61,830 nucleotides of DNA from Chromatiales bacterium (GTDB taxonomy: Bacteria; Pseudomonadota; Gammaproteobacteria; SZUA-152), in NCBI GenBank assembly GCA_026982555.1, contig JALSGT010000084.1, forward strand, positions 1-61,830, written 5' to 3'. Below, in pieces: positions 49,370 to 59,029 of the stretch. Numbering within the stretch: position 1 is the first letter of the stretch; each line of letters starts with the position of its first letter. Made by a program: the position numbers and the translations under genes. The notes beneath the pieces were generated by a model. That model worked only from the letters and a program-made list of their open reading frames with translations. It did not search any database and was not told the DNA's origin.

Positions 49370-49720
49370 ATGAACAATGGAATAACGGATGACGTGAAGA
49401 GCGTGCCGAAAAAAATAACGGTTGAAGTTGCCTATGCGGAACCGGATACGCAAGTGATTATTCCGCTGACTGTGGATGAAGGTACGACTCTGGAGCAGGC
49501 GATTCAACAGTCCGGCGTGCTGGAAACCTTTCCCGATATTGATCTTGCGGTTAACAAAGTGGGGGTCTTTGGCAAGCTGGGCAAGCTGAATCAGGTTTTG
49601 CGGGAAAGGGACCGAGTGGAAATTTACCGCAAACTGATTGCTGATCCCAAAGCGGTGCGTAAACAACGGGCGGCAGAAGGCAAAAAAATGCGTAAGGGCG
49701 GCAGCACCACTGATCAGTGA
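49370..49720 (+). CDS. rnfH: RnfH/RatB ubiquitin-like protein
   Basis: VEVAYA, VGVFGK, DRVEIYR.LIADPK..R..RA; start approximate. Confidence 0.88.
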   Translation: MNNGITDDVKSVPKKITVEVAYAEPDTQVIIPLTVDEGTTLEQAIQQSGVLETFPDIDLAVNKVGVFGKLGKLNQVLRERDRVEIYRKLIADPKAVRKQRAAEGKKMRKGGSTTDQ

Positions 49721-50142
49721 GCATGGCCTCCTGCGGGGCCGGGGGAAGACGAGCTGCGGCGCAGAGGTGAGTCCGGTTTTTTCACCTCGTGTTCTTTAGG
49801 TAATGCCGACTGCACATCAATTTTGGTAAGCTGATTATTTTCAAAGTACACGACAAGATGGGCAGACTGGTGTTCGTTCGTATTGCCTGCCTCATAAATG
49901 TACACATAATCCCAGCGATCTCGACGGAAGGGATCGACGATTAACGGGGTACCCAGGGTCATTTTGACGCGTGTTTTATCCATGCCAATTTTAAGTTTTT
50001 CAAACATTTCCTGAGTGATAACATTACCCTGCTGAATGTCGATCTTGTGTACAGAACAGGCCGACAGCAGTAACAGGAAAAACACGATTGACAGGCAGCG
50101 TCCGGTTTTTGTTAAAAAGGATCTGGCGAAAAAATCAGTCAT
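49714..50142 (-). CDS. bamE: Outer-membrane assembly lipoprotein BamE
   Basis: Lipobox LSAC, IQQGN, GM.K..V...LGTP, RWDYVY; divergent from fur. Confidence 0.92.
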   Translation of the reverse strand: MTDFFARSFLTKTGRCLSIVFFLLLLSACSVHKIDIQQGNVITQEMFEKLKIGMDKTRVKMTLGTPLIVDPFRRDRWDYVYIYEAGNTNEHQSAHLVVYFENNQLTKIDVQSALPKEHEVKKPDSPLRRSSSSPGPAGGHAH

Positions 50143-50255
50143 AATACTTTGAGGCTCAGAGTTTACACAGTGTTAACGCGATGAAGTTGCGCAGCATCTT
50201 AACCGATAACGTGGCAGGATTGTAGCAATCCGCACGTTTGGCAGGCAGAGAAACC

Positions 50256-50687
50256 ATGACCATTTCCAGTAATGAATTACGGGCCGCAGGGCTCAAGTCC
50301 ACACTTCCGCGTCGCAAGATACTGGAGGTAATGGAGTCCCGTGGCACGCGCCACATGAGCGCAGAGGATATTTACCGCAGCCTGCTGGAGTCTGAGGAGG
50401 ATGTGGGGCTGGCGACGGTATACCGGGTATTGACCCAGTTTGAAGCAGCGGGTCTGGTGGCAAAACACAATTTTGAAGGTGGTCACTCGGTGTACGAGCT
50501 TAACCAGGGTGAGCACCATGATCATATCTTGTGCGTGAAATGCGGCAAGGTGGAAGAGTTTGTGGATGAGATTATCGAACAACGCCAGCATGATATCGCC
50601 GACAAGGCGGGGTATGCCATGACTGACCACTGCCTGTACATCTACGGTATCTGCGCCGATTGCCAGAAGGAAGAGGCGGCTTCATGA
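50256..50687 (+). CDS. fur: Ferric uptake regulator
   Basis: GLKSTLPR, HMSAEDIY, GLATVYRVL, HHDH, CVKC, CADC. Confidence 0.95.
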   Translation: MTISSNELRAAGLKSTLPRRKILEVMESRGTRHMSAEDIYRSLLESEEDVGLATVYRVLTQFEAAGLVAKHNFEGGHSVYELNQGEHHDHILCVKCGKVEEFVDEIIEQRQHDIADKAGYAMTDHCLYIYGICADCQKEEAAS

Positions 50688-50969
50688 CTTGCACCCGCTT
50701 ATGCCCCATACTCCGCGACTCCCGGCCGACGGTGCAGGGCAAGGGCAGATAGCCCCGTTTTAGCTTGAGTCAGCACATGGATAGCAATAATCCTTGTTGC
50801 TCAGGGGGAGCCTGATCGAGGCGAAAACAGTGCCTTCCTTACAGCGTATAAGGAACTTCTGATGCAGGCCGGAGTCCCCATAAATCAGTGGTTCCTGACA
50901 TGAAGCAAACCCCAGGAGGTGGAAACGCCCACTTGCGCCGCCGGGCACAAAAATCAAGGAGAACAATAA

Positions 50970-51698
50970 ATGAACCCTGACTCGGCATTTTTCAGTGAAA
51001 GTACCGGATGTCTGGAACAGTCACCACTTTTCTCCGCGCTGGGACCAGGTGCTATTGATGATATCGTTACGCGCTGTCGGCGGGAAACCTGGAAGCGTCG
51101 TCGCCAGCTGCCGATGGAGGAAACCTGGCAGCGTTTTCATATTCTGCTTTCCGGGCGGGTACGTCTCAGCCGCAGTAACCCGGAAAGTGGCCGTATGATT
51201 ACCCTGTTTTTGCTTGGCCCTGGCGAACCCTTTTGTATTTTCAGTCTACTGGATGGTAAAGCTCATGACGTGATGCTGGAAACCCTGGATGACGTTACTC
51301 TGTTGAGCCTGCCCATGGGTGAGGCTCGCCAATGGCTTGATGAACACCCGGAATTCAATCGTAATCTCCTGCCGTATCTGGGGGAGCAAATGTGCAGTCT
51401 GGCCGGTCTGGCGAGTGATCTTGCGTTGCATGATACAGAGACTCGTCTGGCGCGCCTGATCCTGCGTCATGTGGATTCGGATACAGAAAAGCAACACGTT
51501 ACGCCGCGCCTGATCAACGATCTTTCCCACGAATCCCTGGCTGAGATGATTGGCAGCGTGCGGGTAGTGGTCAATCGACAACTGCAACACTGGAAACAGG
51601 AAGGTATCGTCGATGCCCGTCGTGGTCATCTGGAAGTGGAGGCTTTGCAGGAGCTGGTGAGACGGGCAGAAAACCTTTCCCACAAAGTACCTGTGTAA
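50970..51698 (+). CDS. Crp/Fnr-family transcriptional regulator
   Basis: cNMP-like domain (LLSGRVRL, GPGEPF), RLARLIL, HTH SHESLAEMIGSVRVVVNRQL; no FNR Cys cluster. Confidence 0.88.
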   Translation: MNPDSAFFSESTGCLEQSPLFSALGPGAIDDIVTRCRRETWKRRRQLPMEETWQRFHILLSGRVRLSRSNPESGRMITLFLLGPGEPFCIFSLLDGKAHDVMLETLDDVTLLSLPMGEARQWLDEHPEFNRNLLPYLGEQMCSLAGLASDLALHDTETRLARLILRHVDSDTEKQHVTPRLINDLSHESLAEMIGSVRVVVNRQLQHWKQEGIVDARRGHLEVEALQELVRRAENLSHKVPV

Positions 51699-51922
51699 CT
51701 CTGGTAGCAGAACCCTTCGGTCTTCCGGGTGACAATCAGGTATGGGGACATTGTCCGTCCCTGATTGTTTCATGTCTATGAAGGAGCGGAAGCATGGCCT
51801 GGTTATTCCTGAAGACAGTATCATTCGCATGCTTGCTTGCGGTGACTTTACGTATTGCATGAGGAAAAAGTTATCGAGACATGAAATAACTTTACGAAGT
51901 CTGATCAACATTTTGCCACTGT

Positions 51923-52990
51923 ATGAATATCGACTTGTCACGTATTCGGGAAACAGCATATGAAAAGACCTTTTTTATTTTTTTGCTCGTTGTCATCTTC
52001 GCTGGAACAGGTGGTTATTTCTGGCTACAGCAATCCAGGAATGATAATGACAGCAATCAACTGAGCCTGTACGGCAATATTGATATCCGCGAAGCCCAGC
52101 TGGCCTTCAATGGCAGTGAACATATTGCGGAAATTCTGGTGCAAGAAGGCGACCGTGTCAGCAAAGGGCAGTTATTGGCCCGTCTGCACACAGCGTTACT
52201 GGATGCGCAATTAGCCGAGGCCGAAGCAGCCATGGAAGTGCAGCGACAGGTGTTAATCAAACTGGAAGCGGGCAGTCGACCAGAGGAAATCCATAAAGCC
52301 GAAGCGGAGTTGCAAGCTGCTGAAGCGCAGGCCAAAGCAGCATATGACAGTCATCGCCGTGTGGCTCATTTATTGGAAAAGAAACTCGTTTCGCCAGAGG
52401 ATGAAGAGCAGGCACGTTCCCAGGCTGATGCCGCTGCTGCTCAGCTGAAAGCGGTGCAAGCCACTGTGGCTTTGATCAAAGCAGGGGCTCGTAAAGAAGA
52501 TATTGCGGCGGCCCGTGCCCTGTTAGCCGCGCGCGAGGCAGCGCTAAAACAGGCACGACAACGCTTCGCTGATGCCAGCCTCTATGCGCCCGCTGATGGT
52601 ATTATTCGTAATCGTATCCTTGAGCCGGGTGACATGGCCTTTCCACAATCGCCAGTGCTGACCCTGGCTTTTCTTGATCCTGTCTGGGTGCGTGCCTATT
52701 TGCCGGAGCCTATGCTGGGTCGTGTGCGTCCTGGTATCACCGCCTGGATCACGACAGACAGTTATCCCGAAAAACGCTATCAAGGCTGGGTGGGCTATAT
52801 TTCACCCACTGCCGAGTTCACCCCGAAGACGGTGCAAACGTCGGAATTGCGTACCCGGCTGGTTTATTCCGTACGCATTATTACCTGTAACCCTGATAAT
52901 GAATTGCGCCTGGGTATGCCAGTGAGTGTGGATATAGTGCTGGATCAAAATGTTATCGAAAATCAGTCCCGGCCGTGTGGCCCTCATTGA
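51923..52990 (+). CDS. HlyD-family periplasmic adaptor (YbhG-like); start region possibly frameshifted
   Basis: LYGNIDIR, VQEGD.V.KGQLLA.L, GYISPTAEFTPKTVQT..LR..LVY, LRLGMPV. Confidence 0.85.
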   Translation: MNIDLSRIRETAYEKTFFIFLLVVIFAGTGGYFWLQQSRNDNDSNQLSLYGNIDIREAQLAFNGSEHIAEILVQEGDRVSKGQLLARLHTALLDAQLAEAEAAMEVQRQVLIKLEAGSRPEEIHKAEAELQAAEAQAKAAYDSHRRVAHLLEKKLVSPEDEEQARSQADAAAAQLKAVQATVALIKAGARKEDIAAARALLAAREAALKQARQRFADASLYAPADGIIRNRILEPGDMAFPQSPVLTLAFLDPVWVRAYLPEPMLGRVRPGITAWITTDSYPEKRYQGWVGYISPTAEFTPKTVQTSELRTRLVYSVRIITCNPDNELRLGMPVSVDIVLDQNVIENQSRPCGPH

Positions 52991-53037
52991 TTATTTCTGT
53001 TTTCCCACTCACCATATACTGTAAATAGCCATCCATA

Positions 53038-53329
53038 ATGGATAACCCGGTTCTCAGCTTTCGCAATGTACGCCAGGTTTTCTCCCAAGAAGAGCGCACA
53101 CTGTGTGCCCTTGATAATCTCAACTTTAAACATCGCCTCCGGTCAGGTAACCGGTCTCATTGGTCCTGATGGCGCAGGAAAAACCACGCTTATGCGTCTG
53201 GCCTGTGGATTGTTGCGTCCCGAGTCGGGAGAGATTCATGTACTGGGTTTGAATGCCATAACCGAGCCACAAGCCGTACAATCCGCAGTGGGTTACATGC
53301 CCCAGAATTCCCTTGAGAACGCCGGATAG
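53038..53329 (+). pseudogene. Frameshifted, truncated ABC ATPase (YbhF/RbbA-like)
   Basis: MDNPVLSFRNV...ALDNLNF in one frame, then NIASGQVTGLIGPDGAGKTTLMR...GYMPQ in another (extra A at 53128-53130); stops 7 codons after GYMPQ. Confidence 0.85.
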
Positions 53330-53356
53330 CCCCCTATTTAATTCACTTGAATGTAT

Positions 53357-56300
53357 TTACAGTACACCTTCCAGAACCCGACGTATTTTTTCCCGGTTGG
53401 AATTTTTTTCCAGCGCTGCCTGAAAACCGTAATGTTCGTAATGGGTCATTTCCGGGCCTTCTGTGTGGCCGCTGGCAACAATGATTTTGATGTGCGGGTC
53501 GATGATTCTCAACTTACTGGCAATTTCAACACCACCCATGCTGCCGGGGAGGGTGAGGTCCAGGATCACGATATCAATGGGTTGTTTGTTGTGCTGTGAT
53601 TGTTGGAAGAGGTGGATAGCCTTGTCTGCATTACTCGCGAGGACAGTGGTGCAACCCAGTTTTTGCAGATTGAATTGAAACAGTTTTTGCATGTCCTGAT
53701 CATCATCAACGACCAGAATATTGCGGCCGGCAAGTGTGTCCGACGGGTTGTTTATGGGGTTCTGGTATGCGGTGTCTTCGTTTTTTGCATCTTTTTCACC
53801 TTTTTCATCCAGTATCAGCCGGATGCGTTGGGCAAGATCGTGCTTACGATAGGGTTTGCTGAGCAAGTGGGCGGAGAATCGAGCGAGACCGTTGTGTGCC
53901 ATTGTTTTGGAGGTAAAGCCCGACGTCAGTAGCACTTTGGGCTCGGGGCGGTGACGTACGTGTGCCAGTTGAATGGCTTGTTGTGCCAGTTCGTAGCCGT
54001 TCATGCCACCCGGCATGACCACGTCACTGAATAACAGGTCGATACTGTCGTCGGCGTTGAGTATGTCCAGCGCTTGTGCGGCATTTTCGGCCAGCCGGGT
54101 GCGATAGCCCAGTGAACGCAGATATTGGTCAGCCAGTTGCAGCAGGCCGGCTTCGTCGTCAACGATGAGGATGGATTCATTGCCGGTGGCCAGTGGTGCA
54201 GGGAGGGACTCCTGATGACTGACATCGGGTTTGGGAGTGCGGGTGCGTGGCAGATACAGGCGGATGGTCGTGCCGACACCGGGTTCTGAATAGAGCTTGA
54301 TATGGCCACAGTAACGTTTGGCAAAGCCGTAGACCATGGACATGCCCAGGCCCGTGCCTTTACTTTCGGGCTTGGTGGTGAAGAAGGGCTCAAAAACATG
54401 CTCCAGGGTTTCCTTGTCCATGCCGGTACCGGTATCGCTCAGTGTCAGTTGTACATATTCGCCGGCTTCAAGCCAGGGGTTGAGGGTGACATAGTCGTTA
54501 TCCAGGTATTTATTACTGGTTTCGATGAGCAGTTTGCCGCCTTCCGGCATGGCATCGCGGGCATTGATGACCATATTCAGCAAAGCATCCTGGAATTCGT
54601 TAGGGTCGATTTCGCTCAGCCAGGGGGAGTCGGTAAGAAAATACTGTACGTCCACTTCCGGGGTGAGCGAACGTTCGATCATGGTTTCCATTTCTTTAAT
54701 CGTGGTATTGAGATTAACCACGGTTTTTTCTCTGGGCTGATGGCGGGAAAAGGCCAGTAATTGCCGGGTCAGGTTAATGCAACGCAGGCTGGAGCGGGTG
54801 GCAATTTCCACCCACTGTTGTGGCTGCCCTGTATCCTTCAAATGTTCACGCAGAAAATCCAGGTAACCGATGACGACGCTGAGCTGGTTGTTGAAATCGT
54901 GCGCAATGCCGCCGGAGAGCTGGCCAATGGCCTCCATTTTTTGCGCTTGCTGTAGTTGTTTTTGCAACAGCTCGCGCTCTTCGTGTGAGCGTAGTGTGTT
55001 GATGCCGTAGGCGAGGTTACTGGCCAGTTCCTGTAAAAATTTTACTTCATCATCATCGAAGGCATCAGCTTCGCGGGCATAAATATTCAGTGCGCCAAAG
55101 GTCTGGTTTTTTTCCTTGAGGGGCAGCGCGATAGATGAACGGTAGCCGTATTCCATGGCGGCATCATGCCAGGGGGCAAGGTGCGGGTCTTTGGTGATAT
55201 TGCGAATAATGTTAGCTTCACCATTGCGGATGGTTGTGCCTGTGGGCCCTTTTCCTTGTACGTTATTGCGCCAGGTGAGGTTCAGGGTATCGAGGTAATT
55301 TTGTTCAAAACCGGCTTGTGCCATAGGACGGATTGTTTTTTCCTTGTCATTCCCGGCATAGCCCACCCAGGCAAGGTGGTAACCGGCATCTTTTACAATA
55401 ACGTCGCAAATGCTGTGCAGTAATGTCGCTTCGTCTGTGGCTTTTACCAGGTTTTCATTGCAGGCACTGAGGGCTTGCAGGGAACGGTTCAGGCGTTGCA
55501 GGGATCGTTCAGCTTGTTTGCTGGCGCTGATGTCGGTGCGAATGGCAACGTATTGATAGGGTTTGTCGTGGTTATCCATAAACGGGACGATGGTGGTATC
55601 CGTCCAGTAGCGGCTGCCGTCGCTGGCCTGATTTTGTATTTGTCCGCGCCAGACGTTGCCTTGGGCGATGGTGCCCCACAATTGTTTGAAAAATGCGGGA
55701 GAGTGGGAGTCTGATTTTACAATGCGATGATTTTGACCAATGAGTTCCGCTGCTGAGCGCTGGCTAATGTCGCAAAATTTCTGGTTGGCGTAGGTGATGA
55801 TGCCATTTTGATCAGTAATGCTGACAATGGCGTGCTGATCCAACGCGAACTTCTGATAGTTCAGGTCGGTGACGGTTTGACGCAGAATGGCCGCAGTTCG
55901 GTTGAGCTGAAACAGAATGCCTGCGATATAAGCCAGCAAAAGGATAGAAAGCCCATACAAGGCCAGACGCCAGGTGCCGGTACTCTGAATTATTTTGTCA
56001 TATTCAATACCATAGGCAGTGAGCAGCGCCTCCATGTTTTGCGCCGTGGGCAGGTTGAGCAATTGCCGCACCTGTTGGTCGGTTTGTTTTTTATTGTCGA
56101 GCACAATGCGCACATGGGCGAGCAGTGCATCCAGCTCCTGTTGACGCTCAGGAGCGTGGCGGGCCAGCATGGTTTTCAGTGCCGTGCTGCGTGCCATCAG
56201 CGTTGGATTGAATGACACATCATTATTGAGGTTGCTGACCAATGTATCGCGTAACAAGATGCTCAGGGTTTGTTTCAGTTTGTCAACACGGGAACCCGAA

Positions 56301-56734
56301 GGGAGGCGGGCATTGAATTGGGTGATAGCAATGGGGAGATAGCGTAATGAATTATGCAATACCGCATTGCTGGATTTGAAACCTTCAAGCAGCTCCCGTT
56401 TTTGTGTCAGTGCCTGGGTGGTTGCTTGCAGGTGTTGTGCGATTCTAGTGGGGAGTACGGGATACAATTGCATTGCGATCAACGCCGTGGCATCCAGGTG
56501 CTCTTCAAGTTCGACCATATTGTTTACGGTGGAGTCATAATAGGGCAGCAGCCCCTGGCGTATTTCCAGGATGTGTTGGTTAAGAATGGCATCCACTCGC
56601 TTGAACTGGTTAGCGTGGCTGACAACCTGATTGTGTTTGTCGAGGTCAGTGGCCTGGGTCTTGATGTAAAGGAAAGACATGAGGAGCAGGGCGCCCACGC
56701 CAAGCACGAGAAACTTGACCCAGTTTCGGCTCAT
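53357..56734 (-). CDS. Hybrid sensor kinase: DAHL-PAS-GAF-HisKA-HATPase-REC-REC
   Basis: DAHL-like FKSSNAVLHNSLRYLP between two TMs, PAS (ITYANQKF), GAF, GIAHDFNN, GTGLG, two receiver domains with Asp retained. Confidence 0.88.
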   Translation of the reverse strand: MSRNWVKFLVLGVGALLLMSFLYIKTQATDLDKHNQVVSHANQFKRVDAILNQHILEIRQGLLPYYDSTVNNMVELEEHLDATALIAMQLYPVLPTRIAQHLQATTQALTQKRELLEGFKSSNAVLHNSLRYLPIAITQFNARLPSGSRVDKLKQTLSILLRDTLVSNLNNDVSFNPTLMARSTALKTMLARHAPERQQELDALLAHVRIVLDNKKQTDQQVRQLLNLPTAQNMEALLTAYGIEYDKIIQSTGTWRLALYGLSILLLAYIAGILFQLNRTAAILRQTVTDLNYQKFALDQHAIVSITDQNGIITYANQKFCDISQRSAAELIGQNHRIVKSDSHSPAFFKQLWGTIAQGNVWRGQIQNQASDGSRYWTDTTIVPFMDNHDKPYQYVAIRTDISASKQAERSLQRLNRSLQALSACNENLVKATDEATLLHSICDVIVKDAGYHLAWVGYAGNDKEKTIRPMAQAGFEQNYLDTLNLTWRNNVQGKGPTGTTIRNGEANIIRNITKDPHLAPWHDAAMEYGYRSSIALPLKEKNQTFGALNIYAREADAFDDDEVKFLQELASNLAYGINTLRSHEERELLQKQLQQAQKMEAIGQLSGGIAHDFNNQLSVVIGYLDFLREHLKDTGQPQQWVEIATRSSLRCINLTRQLLAFSRHQPREKTVVNLNTTIKEMETMIERSLTPEVDVQYFLTDSPWLSEIDPNEFQDALLNMVINARDAMPEGGKLLIETSNKYLDNDYVTLNPWLEAGEYVQLTLSDTGTGMDKETLEHVFEPFFTTKPESKGTGLGMSMVYGFAKRYCGHIKLYSEPGVGTTIRLYLPRTRTPKPDVSHQESLPAPLATGNESILIVDDEAGLLQLADQYLRSLGYRTRLAENAAQALDILNADDSIDLLFSDVVMPGGMNGYELAQQAIQLAHVRHRPEPKVLLTSGFTSKTMAHNGLARFSAHLLSKPYRKHDLAQRIRLILDEKGEKDAKNEDTAYQNPINNPSDTLAGRNILVVDDDQDMQKLFQFNLQKLGCTTVLASNADKAIHLFQQSQHNKQPIDIVILDLTLPGSMGGVEIASKLRIIDPHIKIIVASGHTEGPEMTHYEHYGFQAALEKNSNREKIRRVLEGVL

Positions 56735-57789
56735 GGTTTGTGCCCCAGCGGCTGCCCGCGATATTCACCCGGAAGACTTTCCAGAAAGGTAACGATGTGC
56801 TGGATATCCTGCCCTGGAATTGTGCGTCCCAGTTGATGCTCGGCCATGATACTCACGGCTTCTGCCAGTGTGGTGACACGGCCATCGTGAAAATAGGGGG
56901 GTGTAAGTGCGACGAGCCGCAGGCTGGGTACACGGAACACATGACGGTCACGCGCTTTGCCGGTGACATTGAAGCGCCCCAGATCTGCACGAGTGGGATT
57001 ACCACGCACAGCAAAGTAGTCTTTGAATACACCGAGCTTTACGAACAGGTTGCCACCCACATTGCTGCCCTGGTGACAGGCGACGCAGCCATAAGCTTTG
57101 AACAGGCGGTAACCTGCTTTTGCCTGTGGACTGATGGCGTCACTATCACCCAGTAAAAAACGATCAAAGGGGGAGTTGACGGTTATCAGGCTGCGCACAA
57201 AGGTGGCAATGGCATTGCGAATATTGTTTGCGGTAATGCCTTTCGGATAAATTTCCGGGAAAGTGCGGGCGTAGTCCGTATCCTGTTCCAGTTTGCCAAT
57301 GATGCTCGGCCAGGTCGTGGCAAATTCTTTGGGGTTGGTGACTACAGTATCAATCTGTTCTTCCAGGTTGCGGGCGCGGCCATCCCAGAACTGTCGATGA
57401 TTGCGGCTGCTGTTGAAGACAGTCAGGGTATTAACATCCAGGGTAGTACCATCCCGGCCAGGAGCCCGGGTATAGTGGTCGGCACCGTTGTCGTTGATGT
57501 TATGGCAACTGCTGCAAGCCATGTCGTTGTCGCGTCCCAGGCGGAGGTCGTGAAACAGGCGTTCACCCAGACTGATTTTATGCGGGTTTAATCCCTCTGT
57601 CTGTCTCAGTGGCTGGATGGGTTCATGGTACAGGTCAGATTGTAATAGCGGGGCAGCGCTTTTGGGTGACACCTCATCTGAAAAGACAGCAGGTGACAGC
57701 GATAACGATAATAATAAGGTCAGCAAGCAGAGAGTTACTGGGTAAATACTCGGTGACTTTTTGTTTTTAGTGAAAACAATAGGGTTCAT
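56731..57789 (-). CDS. Di-heme cytochrome c peroxidase/MauG-family protein
   Basis: Signal peptide, CSSCH, QFWDGRA, CVACH, FRVPSLR...TPPYFHDG; 4-nt overlap with the kinase start. Confidence 0.88.
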   Translation of the reverse strand: MNPIVFTKNKKSPSIYPVTLCLLTLLLSLSLSPAVFSDEVSPKSAAPLLQSDLYHEPIQPLRQTEGLNPHKISLGERLFHDLRLGRDNDMACSSCHNINDNGADHYTRAPGRDGTTLDVNTLTVFNSSRNHRQFWDGRARNLEEQIDTVVTNPKEFATTWPSIIGKLEQDTDYARTFPEIYPKGITANNIRNAIATFVRSLITVNSPFDRFLLGDSDAISPQAKAGYRLFKAYGCVACHQGSNVGGNLFVKLGVFKDYFAVRGNPTRADLGRFNVTGKARDRHVFRVPSLRLVALTPPYFHDGRVTTLAEAVSIMAEHQLGRTIPGQDIQHIVTFLESLPGEYRGQPLGHKP

Positions 57790-58136
57790 ATTTATATTTT
57801 TTTATGCCTCAAAACAATTCCCGGAGGCCGAACAAGAATATAGCGGGTTAGTAATTTTCACTCCATGTTTAACCTGAATTCCGCAGTTGACCGCCTGGAA
57901 GGCTTAATAACACATTGATCAACATTATGTTTTGAGTTTTTGTTGGGCTCACTTGCCAGGTGAGCCACTATGACCGGTATAGCACGTTGCCTTTATGCGT
58001 CTGGCCGCGCGACGATATTCCCAGTAAAAAATGCTAACGGGTTAATTTAGCCCTTAATGCACATTTAAGGAAATATGTTTTTATAAAGCACGCAGAGTGA
58101 AATCGCTGGTTTTCCGTATGGGTGTCGCTGGTTTTG

Positions 58137-58970
58137 TCAGGCGGTCAATAATTTTACAATTTCTGCAATTTCATCACGCGCTTCCTCCAGTGCGGCAATG
58201 CTGTCTTCCGGGCCGAGGTCGAGTTTATTGAAGGCGGGTATTTCGGCCCAGTTTGTTTGGGTGTTATGGCGTTGTTTGCCGACATAGCTGAGCAGGTTGG
58301 CGACGGTGACGATGTCGGCGAGATCGATATTTTCTGAGTTGCGTGCGAGGTTTTCATGTTCGGCGACGGCGGTCACCATACCGGGTGCAAAGCCCCAGGT
58401 TTGCACAATCACTTTTCCCAGTGCCGGATGCAGTTTTTCGTCCAGGGTATCCATGCATGCAGAATCATTCGCCAGCGCTGCATGGTCTTCGGCTTTCAGA
58501 ATCAGTGGCAGTTTTCCAATGTCATGTATCAGTCCCGCAAGCATGGCTTCATCCGGCTTTAACGGGCTAAACCGGTTGGCGAGTACATGGCTGATGGCGG
58601 CCACATGGGCACTGTGATTCCACACTCGCATAAGGCGTTTTTTGAGCACATCATGTTTTGTGTGAAAAAGCTGGCTGACCAAAAAGGAAGTCACAATGTT
58701 GCGTACGGTTCCCATACCCATGCGGGTAACGGCGGTTTGCACATTTTCTGCCGTGGCACCGACACGAAACATCGGGCTGTTGGCTACCTGGATCATGCGC
58801 GCGGAGAGTGCGGTATCGGTATTGATGACCTGAGCGATTTTTTTGGCGGTGGCATCGGGGCCATCGATGATACTGTTTATTTTTAAGGCGACCTGCGGTA
58901 GCGCGGGAAGTTTGAGGCGGTTTGCTTTCAGGTCTGTCAGGATTTCTGTAATCAGCTTTACGACATCCAT
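58137..58970 (-). CDS. Stand-alone HDOD-domain protein
   Basis: LPALPQVA, D..LSARMIQVANS, AMLAGLIHDIG. Confidence 0.88.
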   Translation of the reverse strand: MDVVKLITEILTDLKANRLKLPALPQVALKINSIIDGPDATAKKIAQVINTDTALSARMIQVANSPMFRVGATAENVQTAVTRMGMGTVRNIVTSFLVSQLFHTKHDVLKKRLMRVWNHSAHVAAISHVLANRFSPLKPDEAMLAGLIHDIGKLPLILKAEDHAALANDSACMDTLDEKLHPALGKVIVQTWGFAPGMVTAVAEHENLARNSENIDLADIVTVANLLSYVGKQRHNTQTNWAEIPAFNKLDLGPEDSIAALEEARDEIAEIVKLLTA

Positions 58971-59029
58971 TTTTCTGCGTCCTATTGGTATGTTCTTCAG
59001 GGAGCATGCACTGTTTATTGTGCTTTCTC

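Noticed and set aside
51246-51959. 237-aa minus-strand ORF
   Set aside because: Overlaps the Crp/Fnr gene antisense and has no recognisable motif.
57915-57928. Possible FNR box upstream of the peroxidase gene (TTGAT-caac-ATTAT)
   Set aside because: The second half-site matches only 3/5; insufficient without further evidence.
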